Below are positions 45,809 through 55,860 of a DNA stretch of 64,000 nucleotides, piece after piece. The position numbers and the translations under genes are program-made. The stretch is taken from NCBI GenBank assembly GCA_964640655.1, contig CAZXFT010000013.1:13010-77009 (forward strand), in the 5' to 3' direction. Below the pieces are notes generated by a model. That model had not been told where the DNA came from. It saw only the letters and a list, made by a program, of their open reading frames with translations, and did not search any database. Source of the DNA: an uncultured Bifidobacteriaceae bacterium. Lineage in GTDB: Bacteria > Bacteroidota > Bacteroidia > Chitinophagales > UBA10324. The stretch's first letter is position 1; each line of letters begins with the position of its first letter.

Positions 45809-47383
45809 ATGGCAGATTATTACAGACAAACTACCTCAAACAGGCAAAATATAACTATAAAACTTAAGCTTCGGGCAATGTTTGTTACCGGGGCAGCTCT
45901 TATGAGTATGGCGTTATTGATTGCAGCCATATCTAATGTTTCTATAAAGGAGAGCCAGGATAACAGCGTTCCTCAGTATAAAATTGATTTTTCCGGTAAT
46001 CCTTCAGGAATCTTTAATACTCCTGCAATTGTTCGCGGACTGCCGCAAAATGCAGCCGGGAACGAACGTTGTTTGAAACTAGAAGTGTTATTGGATGAAA
46101 ATGCGGAAGGCCTTATTTTTGAAAAGAAGGGAAGTATTTCTTCAAATTCTTATGCTGTTTATCATGTGAACGGCGAATTGTCTGCTTCACTTGGTTCGCC
46201 GGTTTGTTTAAACGGTAAACGAAAGGCTGTAATCAGTTTTTGTGCTGATGGAAATGAAACAGCTTATTACAGAGTAACTTCTATTCCTCGTTTAAAATTA
46301 TCGTACGACTCAGTTATGATAAATGGTGGTGGAGAAAGAATCGTTCAAGTAAGTGGTTTGGAACAGGAAGGCCTCATGTGGAAAGTAATGACGGGACCGA
46401 AAAATATTTTAAAACTTACGGAATTTGCAAATAAGATTGTACTTGATGATAAATTAATAGATGGAAACCAAAAAATTCAGATTGAAGTCAGCGGAACCCA
46501 TACCAGCACCTGTGGTGGTTCTTATTCGTGCAGACAGGTAATCAGTATCAATGCCTATGAATCGCTTAAGCTTGAAACAACACCTGTCAGCAGTGTTTGT
46601 GCTCCTGGTGGAACTGTCGTGATGAATGCGATGCTAAGTGGGGGTAAAAAGCCGTACAGCTATGTATGGAAAAATCAGGAAGGACACTTTAAATCATTTA
46701 ATGCCTCTTGCACAGTTGATGAACCCGGTAACTATACCGTTGAAGTTAGTGATGCCACTCAACAGGTTCTACTAACTCAAACAATACCTATAAATGCTGC
46801 AGGTATTTTGTTGCCATCAGTTATTCAGAACAAAGAAGTTACTCAGAGCACAGCAAATATTTCCTGGAACCAATTAAGTAATGCGACTAAATACAAAGTG
46901 AGATATAGAGCATCAGGCTTTAACACTTCCTGGAGTTATATGCAAACAGATGCGGATGAAAATCAAATGCGATTAAAAAAGTTGAATCCTGAGACAGAAT
47001 ATGAATATCAAATCATGGTTTGCGGAAAACAAAATGCCGATACCTCTGGCTGGAGCAAGACATACCGCATTACTACCTTATCAGAATGCATGCCAGCAAC
47101 CCAATTGAGTACCAAAATGTCTTTCAATAAACTGATGTGTCGATGGAAAATCAATCCGTATAATAGCAAGCAAGTATTATTGCTTCGCAACAGTGGCAGT
47201 AAAGAATGGACCAGAAGGTTTAAGATAGGCAAAGATGTGTCAGCTGTTTTCCTGGATTACCTGAAACCGGAAATGAATTATGAATGGATGATTTTGAGTT
47301 ATTGTAAAGAAGGTGAAATCCCTTCTTCCATTCAACAATTTAAATATAACGGAAGCGCTACAGCTCCTATCACAACTAATTAG
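45809..47383 (+). CDS. Membrane-anchored protein with a SprB-like repeat and two fibronectin type III domains
   Basis: TM segment FVTGAALMSMALLIAAI. CAPGGTVVMNAMLSGGKKPYSYVWKN resembles SprB/HYR-type repeats. Fn3: ANISWNQLSNATKYKVRYRA...LNPETEYEYQI. Start uncertain. Confidence 0.55.
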   Translation: MADYYRQTTSNRQNITIKLKLRAMFVTGAALMSMALLIAAISNVSIKESQDNSVPQYKIDFSGNPSGIFNTPAIVRGLPQNAAGNERCLKLEVLLDENAEGLIFEKKGSISSNSYAVYHVNGELSASLGSPVCLNGKRKAVISFCADGNETAYYRVTSIPRLKLSYDSVMINGGGERIVQVSGLEQEGLMWKVMTGPKNILKLTEFANKIVLDDKLIDGNQKIQIEVSGTHTSTCGGSYSCRQVISINAYESLKLETTPVSSVCAPGGTVVMNAMLSGGKKPYSYVWKNQEGHFKSFNASCTVDEPGNYTVEVSDATQQVLLTQTIPINAAGILLPSVIQNKEVTQSTANISWNQLSNATKYKVRYRASGFNTSWSYMQTDADENQMRLKKLNPETEYEYQIMVCGKQNADTSGWSKTYRITTLSECMPATQLSTKMSFNKLMCRWKINPYNSKQVLLLRNSGSKEWTRRFKIGKDVSAVFLDYLKPEMNYEWMILSYCKEGEIPSSIQQFKYNGSATAPITTN

Positions 47384-48309
47384 TCAACCAAACTAATGTC
47401 GAACTGGACCAGGTCTATAAAGTCCTGAATGCGATCTTCGATTTCCTGATTACTTAGATTTACTAAACGATCCGTTCCAAATTTTTCTACACAGAAGGAG
47501 GCCATGGCAGAACCATAGATGATGGCGCGCTTCATATTGTCGAAAGAAATATCGTTGGTAGAAGCCAGGTACCCAATAAAGCCACCCGCAAATGAGTCTC
47601 CGGCACCTGTTGGGTCGAAAACATCTTCGAGTGGCAAAGCAGGTGCGAAGAATACATTTTTGTCATTAAACAACAATGCGCCGTGCTCTCCTTTTTTAAT
47701 CACCAGATACTTAGGGCCCATGGTCAATATTTTTTTGGCAGCTTTTACTAATGAATATTCATTGGTTAACTCTCTGGCTTCGGAGTCGTTGATAGTTAAT
47801 ACATCAACCAGTTTCATTACCTCATCTAAATCCTGACGGGCATTTTCCATCCAGAAATTCATTGTATCCATTACAATCAACTTAGGACGATATTTCATTT
47901 GTTTTAATACACTCATTTGCACAGCTGGTACCAGATTGCCCAACATCAGAAAATCAGGATTGCGATAAGATTCAGGCAGGTTAGGATTGAATGAAGACAG
48001 CACATTCAACTCTGTAGCTAATGTGTCGCGTGTGTTCATGTCGAGATGATACTTACCTGACCAAAAGAAAGTTTTTTCATTTTCCAGAATCTGAAGTCCG
48101 TCTGTATTGACCCCTTTACTTTGCATTAAGGCAATTTGTTGTTTTGGAAAGTCACCTCCAACAACACTAACAAGATTGATGTTTTTTGCAAAATAGGATG
48201 CGGCTAAAGAGATGTAAGTAGCTGCGCCACCTATAATTTTTTCAGTTTTACCAAAAGGTGTTTCTATGGCATCAAAGGCTACAGTGCCTACTACGGTGAT
48301 GGTCGACAT
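47380..48309 (-). CDS. PfkB family carbohydrate/nucleoside kinase
   Basis: GGAATYISLAAS N-terminal motif and C-terminal DPTGAGDSFAGGF (PfkB signature 2). Confidence 0.85.
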   Translation of the reverse strand: MSTITVVGTVAFDAIETPFGKTEKIIGGAATYISLAASYFAKNINLVSVVGGDFPKQQIALMQSKGVNTDGLQILENEKTFFWSGKYHLDMNTRDTLATELNVLSSFNPNLPESYRNPDFLMLGNLVPAVQMSVLKQMKYRPKLIVMDTMNFWMENARQDLDEVMKLVDVLTINDSEARELTNEYSLVKAAKKILTMGPKYLVIKKGEHGALLFNDKNVFFAPALPLEDVFDPTGAGDSFAGGFIGYLASTNDISFDNMKRAIIYGSAMASFCVEKFGTDRLVNLSNQEIEDRIQDFIDLVQFDISLVD

Positions 48310-48360
48310 TCAGGAAAATTTTGTGCAATATTCGATTAAATACTTTGCTCCATCAAATTC

Positions 48361-49524
48361 ATGAGAAGAGAGTGTGTAAAATTGTATCAAATGAGGATGT
48401 TAAACACCATAACAATAAAGGCCACGGCACTTTGTGTGTCGATGATTTTTGTCGTTTTGTCAGCAATCATATCATTTCAACAACCATTCTACGACACGGA
48501 TATGTTGTTCTATTCAGGTATTTATTATGAAGAGGAGTTTCATGACCCAACAGATTTACACAAACAGGTGTATGAAAAGGTATGGTTGCCTCTTGACTCT
48601 GCCTCAAGACAATTTTTAAATGAAAAGCCTTTGGAGGTGCGAGCCAAAGAATCGGCGGACTTTTACAATCAACAATTACCATTTTATAAAATAAAACCCG
48701 CTTACAATTTCTTGGTTAGGCAATTGACTGATTTTATTTCTCATAATCCTCTAAAATCTATGCAATGGATTAATGTAATCGCTTATATACTAACCGCCAT
48801 TATTATTGTTGCTTTCTTGTTTCCGCATTTATCTGCATTGTATTTATCAGTAACTGTTGTTGGTACTATTTGTTTGCCTTTAACCATAGCTGTATCACGC
48901 ATGTTTACGCCTGATATGAGCAGCGTCTTATTCTTAATGTGTGGCTTTTATTTTCTGACAAATGCAAAACATAACTTGCACCTTGCATTTTTATCGTTGA
49001 TTATTTCTATACTCTTCAGGCCTGATAATGTTATGATGGTTATTCTAATCGCTGCATTATTTGCTTCTATTACAAAATCAAATTATCAAATTCTCATCTC
49101 TTATGTGTTGCTATCACTGATTATATACTTAAGTATCGGAATTTATTATCAAGGTTACGGTTGGAAAATTACATTTCAACATTCTGCTATTGACCTAGCT
49201 GTTTCACCTGAAAGTTGGGAAAGTGTTCCCTTGACATTAAAAGACTATATCAGCACGGTATTGACCGGTGTTCTAACTTATAAGATGCTCATAATTTCCA
49301 TGCTTTTTATTTCGTCTGTTCTTTATGCCATAATGTGCAGAGATAAACAATTTCAAAGCACTTCATGGAAAGCATTAATTCTTGCAAACCTGATCATTAA
49401 CCCTCTCCGTTTTTTGTTGTTCCCAATTTTTGATGACAGATATTACTTGTCATTTTATCTATTGGCATTGATTGTTTTGTGCATGCATGTATTCGGATCA
49501 TACAAGAATTTAAAAACAGAATAA
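48361..49524 (+). CDS. Hypothetical polytopic membrane protein
   Basis: About 9-10 TM helices with a periplasmic loop after TM1, loosely like GT-C/PMT-fold proteins. Start uncertain (several Met codons in the first 15). Confidence 0.45.
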   Translation: MRRECVKLYQMRMLNTITIKATALCVSMIFVVLSAIISFQQPFYDTDMLFYSGIYYEEEFHDPTDLHKQVYEKVWLPLDSASRQFLNEKPLEVRAKESADFYNQQLPFYKIKPAYNFLVRQLTDFISHNPLKSMQWINVIAYILTAIIIVAFLFPHLSALYLSVTVVGTICLPLTIAVSRMFTPDMSSVLFLMCGFYFLTNAKHNLHLAFLSLIISILFRPDNVMMVILIAALFASITKSNYQILISYVLLSLIIYLSIGIYYQGYGWKITFQHSAIDLAVSPESWESVPLTLKDYISTVLTGVLTYKMLIISMLFISSVLYAIMCRDKQFQSTSWKALILANLIINPLRFLLFPIFDDRYYLSFYLLALIVLCMHVFGSYKNLKTE

Positions 49525-49534
49525 ATAAGCTTCA

Positions 49535-51655
49535 CTACGATACCTTACTCCAGTTTTGTTTTTGTTGTTTTCTGTAAGTAATAAATCTTAACAAGTTTTG
49601 ATGATCCGGATTTTGTAACAATAAATCTTTTTCTAAAATCTGTTGAACATCTTCACGTGCGCGTTGTAATAATCCCTGATCATTAACCAAGTCAGCAATT
49701 TTTAGATTCAAGATGCCGCTTTGTTGTGTTCCCGTTAAATCCCCGGGTCCTCGAATTTCCAGATCTACATCAGCTACTTCAAATCCGTTGTTGGTGCGTA
49801 CCATTGTTTCCATTCTGCGCCGTGCCTCGTTGCTTAGTTTGGTATCGGTCATAAGAATACAATAACTCTGGTCTGCACCTCGACCAACCCGTCCGCGCAA
49901 TTGATGCAACTGTGACAACCCAAACCGCTCTGCACTTTCAATTACCATGACGCTGGCATTGGGAACATTTACACCAACTTCAATAACTGTTGTAGCCACC
50001 ATGATCTGTGCTTCCTTATTAAGAAACATTTTCATTTCAGCATCGCGCTCATCATTTTTCATTTTACCATGTACCATACACACCTTGTATTGCGGTTCAG
50101 GAAATTGTTGTTGCAATTCTTCGTAACCTTCGTACAAATGTTTGAAATCCATTTTCTCGCTTTCTTCAATCAATGGGTATACTACGTAAATCTGCCTTCC
50201 CTTTTTGATTTGATCGCGGATAAAATGATAAACCTGAGTACGCGCATTTTCATATCGATGAACCGTTGAAATTGGTTTTCGTCCAGGAGGCAACTCATCA
50301 ATGACACTTACATCCAGATCACCATAAATAGTCATGGCTAGTGTACGGGGAATAGGTGTTGCCGTCATTACCAGGACATGAGGCGGAATGAGCTCATTTT
50401 TATGCCATAGCCTTGCTCTTTGTGCAACACCAAAACGATGTTGTTCATCTATAATAACCAATCCAAGACTCTTATAACGCACATCATCCTCAATTAATGC
50501 ATGAGTGCCGAGGAGTAAATGAATTTGACCGTTTTGTAATTCTTCAAGAATTCTTTTTCGTGCCGTTCCTTTAACCGAAGCTGTCAGAAGCTCAATTCTG
50601 AAATTCATTAACCCTATGGCATCGCATAATGACCGGTAATGCTGCTGAGCTAGTATTTCTGTTGGGGCCATCAACGCGGTTTGAAAACCATTATCTGCAG
50701 CCATCAATGCGCAAAGTAGGGCTACTATTGTTTTTCCGCTACCTACATCTCCCTGGATAAGGCGGTTCATCTGTTTGCCACTCAAGGTATTTTTTCTGAT
50801 TTCTTTAATAACACGCTTTTGAGCGCCGGTGAGTTGAAAAGGCAGGTGATTGTTATAAAATGTATTGAAGTAGTCACCAACCTCAGAGAACACAAATCCT
50901 GCATACTGCTGCATCCGTTCGTTTCGCAAGGATAGAATGTCGTACTGAATCATAAATAACTCTTCATACTTCAGGCGTTGTTGTGCTAATGCCAGCAATT
51001 GCTCACTTTCCGGTGCATGTATTTGTTTGAGTGAATGATAACGCGATGGGAAAGAATATTTCTTCAATAAATATTCTGGCAATGTTTCAGGAATGTCATC
51101 TTCCTTAATCTGAGAAATGATTTGTTGTATGAGTACGGCAATATTTTTTGAGTCAATATTTTTTTGCTTCAGCTTTTCTGTGGTAGGATAAACAGGTTGC
51201 ATCTTACCTGTGAAAGAGATTTTACCATATTCATCAGCAGACTCCAATTCTGGATGTGCAATGTTGAAACGATTTTTAAACGCAGATGGCTTACCAAACA
51301 AAATATATTCCTTGCCTTGTGTCAGTGTTTTAGCAATCCAACGAACTCCTTTAAACCATATCAGTTCTATACTGCCTGTGGCATCGGTGAAGTTGGCTAT
51401 CATCCTTTCGCTACGACCATTGCCGGCAATGTCTATATCCGTGATAATGCCTCTGAGCTGAATATATTGCGTTTGATGAGTGATGTCGCGTACGGAATAG
51501 ATTCGTGTGCGGTCATAGTACCGGAAAGGATAATGAAAGAGTAATTGACCGGCACGAAAAATCTGTAACTCCTTCTGAAGGATTTCAGCACGCTGAGGCC
51601 CCACGCCTTTCAGGTACTCAATTGGTCTAAGCATTATGTTATCCGTGCTTGGCAT
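49535..51655 (-). CDS. recG: ATP-dependent DNA helicase RecG
   Basis: Wedge/OB domain, then SF2 motifs GDVGSGKTIVA, DEQHRFG, TATPIPRT, QLRGRVGRG. 706 aa. Confidence 0.95.
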   Translation of the reverse strand: MPSTDNIMLRPIEYLKGVGPQRAEILQKELQIFRAGQLLFHYPFRYYDRTRIYSVRDITHQTQYIQLRGIITDIDIAGNGRSERMIANFTDATGSIELIWFKGVRWIAKTLTQGKEYILFGKPSAFKNRFNIAHPELESADEYGKISFTGKMQPVYPTTEKLKQKNIDSKNIAVLIQQIISQIKEDDIPETLPEYLLKKYSFPSRYHSLKQIHAPESEQLLALAQQRLKYEELFMIQYDILSLRNERMQQYAGFVFSEVGDYFNTFYNNHLPFQLTGAQKRVIKEIRKNTLSGKQMNRLIQGDVGSGKTIVALLCALMAADNGFQTALMAPTEILAQQHYRSLCDAIGLMNFRIELLTASVKGTARKRILEELQNGQIHLLLGTHALIEDDVRYKSLGLVIIDEQHRFGVAQRARLWHKNELIPPHVLVMTATPIPRTLAMTIYGDLDVSVIDELPPGRKPISTVHRYENARTQVYHFIRDQIKKGRQIYVVYPLIEESEKMDFKHLYEGYEELQQQFPEPQYKVCMVHGKMKNDERDAEMKMFLNKEAQIMVATTVIEVGVNVPNASVMVIESAERFGLSQLHQLRGRVGRGADQSYCILMTDTKLSNEARRRMETMVRTNNGFEVADVDLEIRGPGDLTGTQQSGILNLKIADLVNDQGLLQRAREDVQQILEKDLLLQNPDHQNLLRFITYRKQQKQNWSKVS

Positions 51656-51672
51656 ACTTCAGTTCAAAATGT

Positions 51673-52692
51673 TTAGAGCTGCGCGTCGGTAAATTCTTTT
51701 TTATATGATTTGAGTAATAAAAGGAAATATGAGATGAGTAATGGTCCGAAAATTAATCCTGTGATACCAAACCATTGAATGCCGAATAATACTCCAAGTA
51801 CAGTGATAAGCGGATGTACGTCGGCCAATTTTTTTTGAATGATAAAACGAAACACATTATCTATTTGAGAGACGATCAAAAAACCATAAACCAGCAGTAC
51901 TATTCCCTGCCATGTGCCGCCGTCAATAATTTTTGAAATAGATAAAGGAAACCATATGATAGTAGTGCCAATAAAAGGAACGAAGGAAAACAAACCGCAC
52001 ATTGTAGCCCAAAATCCGGAATCGCTGAAACCTAGTATCAATAAAGCTATGTAACAGGTAATACCCTGAATAACAGCAATCACTGGAACAGCAATAGCAT
52101 TGCTGATGGTTTGCTTTTCCAACTCAACAGAATAGCTGTCGTCAAGTTTAGCAGTAAAAGGGAAATAGTTGTTCAGTATCTCCTGCATATGACCGCTGTT
52201 TACCAGCATATAATATAGGATGAAGTACATAATGACAATATTCAAAATCATGTTGGCAGCGGCAGACAAGGCATCGGAAGCGAAACGTGTAATGAAACCT
52301 TGCAACTGCTGAATACTGCTATCAGTAATCAACTCTATACCATAGCGGGTATGCAGGTAGTTGACAATATTTTCAACCGCTGAAAAAATGACTGCGGGGT
52401 TATTGATGATATCGCTGAGTTTTGATGTAAGAGAAATCCCTATAACGGTTAATGGAATTAGTATTACAAAAACAGATGTCAGGATAACTATAAAGGAAGC
52501 AAGCGACACTTTGAGTTTTCTTTTTTGTGTGAGATAAGACATTAAAGGTTGACTTACAATATAGATGACAACGGCACTAAGCAGTGAGGTAACGAATTCA
52601 CGGAGTGCAATAAGTAAAAATCCTCCTAATAAAAAAATGAGAATCAGTAATACCCATTGCTTAGTGATAATGGAATTTTTCATATTCTGCAA
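51673..52692 (-). CDS. AI-2E family transporter (PerM/YhhT-like)
   Basis: 8 TM helices. C-terminal ...PFIGTTIIWFPL... and HPLITVLGVLFG motifs. Confidence 0.8.
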   Translation of the reverse strand: MQNMKNSIITKQWVLLILIFLLGGFLLIALREFVTSLLSAVVIYIVSQPLMSYLTQKRKLKVSLASFIVILTSVFVILIPLTVIGISLTSKLSDIINNPAVIFSAVENIVNYLHTRYGIELITDSSIQQLQGFITRFASDALSAAANMILNIVIMYFILYYMLVNSGHMQEILNNYFPFTAKLDDSYSVELEKQTISNAIAVPVIAVIQGITCYIALLILGFSDSGFWATMCGLFSFVPFIGTTIIWFPLSISKIIDGGTWQGIVLLVYGFLIVSQIDNVFRFIIQKKLADVHPLITVLGVLFGIQWFGITGLIFGPLLISYFLLLLKSYKKEFTDAQL

Positions 52693-52752
52693 AGAAAGTT
52701 AACAAAATCGTCAGCGAGTTCGGTTAACTTTATGTCAAGTTAAAAAAGGGTT

Positions 52753-52989
52753 ATGAACGATAAATCAAAAATGGCTTTGGCATTTGTGCTGGGAGCCGCA
52801 GCCGGAGCAGCAATTGCCTATTTTCTTACCACCGAACAGGGAGAAAAAACGGTTGAAGACATTAAAGAAGCTGCTTCTAAGTTTAAAGATAACTTAGATG
52901 AGAAACTTGAAAAAAGTAAACAGGCAGTGCACGATATAGCAGATACTGCCGAACGAATCATTAACAATCTGAATCAACAAAAATCATGA
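52753..52989 (+). CDS. YtxH domain-containing protein
   Basis: N-terminal GAAAGAAIAYFLT helix followed by a charged coiled coil. Typical YtxH. Confidence 0.7.
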   Translation: MNDKSKMALAFVLGAAAGAAIAYFLTTEQGEKTVEDIKEAASKFKDNLDEKLEKSKQAVHDIADTAERIINNLNQQKS

Positions 52990-53351
52990 GCGATTCACAA
53001 AACCCAAATGAGGAAAGCCTGAGGGAGATGATTGCTCAATACGTTTCGAAGCGAATTGAGTTGGTGAAACTAGAGACAGCGGATATCAGTGCACGTGTAC
53101 TCTCGCTCTTTCTTGTCTATTTTGTTTTGATGTTTGTTCTATTCATTGCCATCATTATGCTGAGTATGCTTGCAGGTATTCTGCTGTCAGAAAAATTCAA
53201 AAGCTTTTCCATCGGCTACGGTATTGTATCTGGAGTATACTTGTTGCTATTTGTGTTGCTTTATGTTAACAGAAACTCTATAGCGGAAAAATTTCTGGCC
53301 AACCAATTCATAAAATCATTTTTTAGAGAGCACCGTGGAAACAAAAATTAA
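52986..53351 (+). CDS. Phage-holin-family (holin-X/DUF1469-like) membrane protein
   Basis: ATGA overlap with ytxH. Amphipathic N-terminus (RIELVKLE) followed by two TM helices. Confidence 0.5.
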   Translation: MSDSQNPNEESLREMIAQYVSKRIELVKLETADISARVLSLFLVYFVLMFVLFIAIIMLSMLAGILLSEKFKSFSIGYGIVSGVYLLLFVLLYVNRNSIAEKFLANQFIKSFFREHRGNKN

Positions 53352-53649
53352 CGATCTGGAAAGCCTGCATAACCGCATGGCAGAATTACGAAACGACTGC
53401 CGCAGCTATGAAATAAAAATAATTGAGCGGGTAAACTATTATCAGGAGAATGCAGGCAGCATTGTATTAGAGACTTTGCTAAAAAGTGTGATGAACATTA
53501 GTTTTATACGCATGATGCAATCGTGGTTAGGTAATGAGCAAAGTGGTTCCAAAACAGAGGATGCCTCTTCACAAAATCAAATGCTGCACACGGCTATCAC
53601 TTTGGGACTGTCTCTCGGTTTAAAATATTTTAACAAGCTCTTTAAATAA
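53335..53649 (+). CDS. Hypothetical protein
   Basis: 104-aa ORF with a GTG start, overlapping the previous gene by 17 nt. Coiled-coil N-terminus. No family recognised. Confidence 0.4.
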   Translation: METKINDLESLHNRMAELRNDCRSYEIKIIERVNYYQENAGSIVLETLLKSVMNISFIRMMQSWLGNEQSGSKTEDASSQNQMLHTAITLGLSLGLKYFNKLFK

Positions 53650-53652
53650 AAC

Positions 53653-54462
53653 TTGACTCCTAACGAAAGTCATTTTTATTCCATTGGGAATAACCAATTA
53701 CACTACATCGTATTCGGCAGCGGCAGTGAGTTACTGATTACTTTTCATGGGTTTGGTGACAGTGCGCTATTATTTAAAAATGTTGAGGAGGCGTTTATTG
53801 CTAAATATACCGTGGTATCGGTCGACTTACCTTTTCATGGATTATCACACTGGACACAAGACGAGTTACTCACCTTACCCCAGTTATTGGTATTTATCGA
53901 TTATGTGCAGAATGTCTTTCAAAAAGACAAGTTTGACTTAGCCGGATTCAGTCTTGGCGGAAAAGTTTCTTTGGCTGTTTATGATGCATTACCGGGCAAG
54001 GTGAATGCTATATGGTTGTTTGCTCCCGATGGTTTAAAAAATAATATCTGGTATAATATAGCAGTATACCCCAAAGCAGGCCAGCGACTATTTAAAAATG
54101 TACTTCACAATCCGAATTTGTTTTTGTCATTTGCCCGAATATTAGCTTTCATGAGAGTCATACGACGTCAGTATGTGCAGTTTTTAGAAAAACAATTAGA
54201 CAGCGAGGCTAAGCGTATGTTGGTTTGGAATATATGGATGTGCCTGCGTGGTTATGAAAGAAGCAAAAAACATTTGAAATTTTTAATACAGCGTCATCAA
54301 ACAAAAGTTTTTGTGTTTGTGGGCCGATACGATCAAATTATTAAGCCGTCGTTCGGAAAAAAATTCTGTGAAGGACTGTCATCGGCAGAATTAGTAGTTC
54401 TAGATAAAGGTCATTATCTGTTAAAGGATTATCTGAATAAGTATATTGCAGAACGATTGTAA
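53653..54462 (+). CDS. Alpha/beta hydrolase
   Basis: HGFGDS oxyanion motif, nucleophile elbow GFSLGG, and a C-terminal GHYL histidine. TTG start 3 nt after the upstream stop. Confidence 0.75.
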   Translation: MTPNESHFYSIGNNQLHYIVFGSGSELLITFHGFGDSALLFKNVEEAFIAKYTVVSVDLPFHGLSHWTQDELLTLPQLLVFIDYVQNVFQKDKFDLAGFSLGGKVSLAVYDALPGKVNAIWLFAPDGLKNNIWYNIAVYPKAGQRLFKNVLHNPNLFLSFARILAFMRVIRRQYVQFLEKQLDSEAKRMLVWNIWMCLRGYERSKKHLKFLIQRHQTKVFVFVGRYDQIIKPSFGKKFCEGLSSAELVVLDKGHYLLKDYLNKYIAERL

Positions 54463-54466
54463 CACG

Positions 54467-55597
54467 ATGTGGTGGTATTTGTTGCCAATACTATTTCTGA
54501 GTCTGAGTTATTTGCTCTGCATCATCTTATTGATTTATGGATGGGATAAACTTTCCGAAAAAAAATATAAATCCTCTACGGACAAACCATTGGTAACAGT
54601 TATTGTTGCGGCTCGAAATGAAGAAGTGTATATAAGAACCTGCATCAGCAGCATATTATCCCAATCGTATGATAAGGATAAGTTGCAACTGATAGTTGTT
54701 GACGACTTCAGCACCGATGGCACCAAGGAGATTGTAACATCATTTCCTGATATTCTTTTTTTAGAGTTGAAGCAATTTATTGATGAAAAAAGTATTCGCA
54801 GCGGTAAAAAGAAAAGCATTGAACTTGCTATTCAGCATGCTACAGGAAAATATATACTCATTACTGATGCAGATTGTATCGTGCCACGTAATTGGGTGAG
54901 TAGCACAGTTGAATTATTTGAAATAGAAAATGTGGAAGTTGTTACCGGGCCGGTTTGCATTAAAGAATCGAAGACATTCTTTGAGCAGTTGCAGGCGTTA
55001 GACTTATGGTCATACATATCATTATCTGCTTCAGCCATAGGATTGGGAAGACCCGTGTTGGCCAATGGAGCCAACTTCTCATTTACTAAAAGTCTATTCA
55101 TTGCAGTTAAAGGATATGAAGGTTCCACACATATTAGCTCCGGCGATGATGTGCTGTTGCTGCATAAATTTATTCAGCACAATGCACGCGTAGCTTTCAA
55201 TAAATCTACCGACGCAATAGTGTCCACCAAGGCAGAAGAAAATCTGCTTGCCTTTTTCATTCAAAGATTGCGTTGGGCTTCCAAATCGGCATCTTACAAA
55301 AATTTTGCTACACTGTTTATCATTAGTGTGGTATATCTCTATTACTTGTCGCTGCCATTTTGCATCATAGCATCTGTTGTACAGCCTCTGTTTATCAAAT
55401 GGGTTGCGGGATTATTGATGATGAAGTTTTTTATAGACTTTATGTATATGCATCGTGTGCTAAACTTTTTTAAGCAGCGCTCTTTGCTCCAACTATTTTT
55501 ACCGGCACAACTTTTCCATGTGTTCTACGTGATAATGGTTGGCGCATTTGCCCTCTTTATACCCGTGAAGTGGAAAGGTAGAAAGCTATATCGATGA
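54467..55597 (+). CDS. Membrane-embedded family 2 glycosyltransferase with D,D,D,QxxRW motifs
   Basis: N-terminal TM helix. VTVIVAARNEE, VVDDFSTDGT, ITDADC, SGDDVLL, QRLRWA. 3-4 C-terminal TM helices. ATG at 54467 preferred. Confidence 0.8.
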   Translation: MWWYLLPILFLSLSYLLCIILLIYGWDKLSEKKYKSSTDKPLVTVIVAARNEEVYIRTCISSILSQSYDKDKLQLIVVDDFSTDGTKEIVTSFPDILFLELKQFIDEKSIRSGKKKSIELAIQHATGKYILITDADCIVPRNWVSSTVELFEIENVEVVTGPVCIKESKTFFEQLQALDLWSYISLSASAIGLGRPVLANGANFSFTKSLFIAVKGYEGSTHISSGDDVLLLHKFIQHNARVAFNKSTDAIVSTKAEENLLAFFIQRLRWASKSASYKNFATLFIISVVYLYYLSLPFCIIASVVQPLFIKWVAGLLMMKFFIDFMYMHRVLNFFKQRSLLQLFLPAQLFHVFYVIMVGAFALFIPVKWKGRKLYR

Positions 55598-55860
55598 CAC
55601 TTACTGAAAAGCAGTACAACATTTTAGATCAACTCTATTTTACCTGCACTTTCGATGCATTGCTGGAGCTATTACCTTTAAGTTCAGAAGATTTGAAATC
55701 AGAATTAATTCCGCTGCTAAGAGATAACCTCGTGCATCAAATGCTTTTTGATGATGTCTCAAAAGATTTTGTGATGCAGGAATTAGCGAACTTCAATGCT
55801 ATGACAACATCGGCTTATGTTATCTCAAAAAAAGGATTACTCATTCATAACAGTCGTTGA
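55594..55860 (+). CDS. Hypothetical 88-aa protein
   Basis: ATGA overlap with the GT2 gene, and its TGA overlaps the next ATG (TGATG). Helical. No family recognised. Confidence 0.45.
   Translation: MTLTEKQYNILDQLYFTCTFDALLELLPLSSEDLKSELIPLLRDNLVHQMLFDDVSKDFVMQELANFNAMTTSAYVISKKGLLIHNSR

Noticed and set aside
48321-48530. 69-aa ORF overlapping the start of the 387-aa membrane protein gene
   Set aside because: It lies in an alternative frame over the divergent promoter and 5' region, has no motifs, and is mostly contained within the longer ORF.
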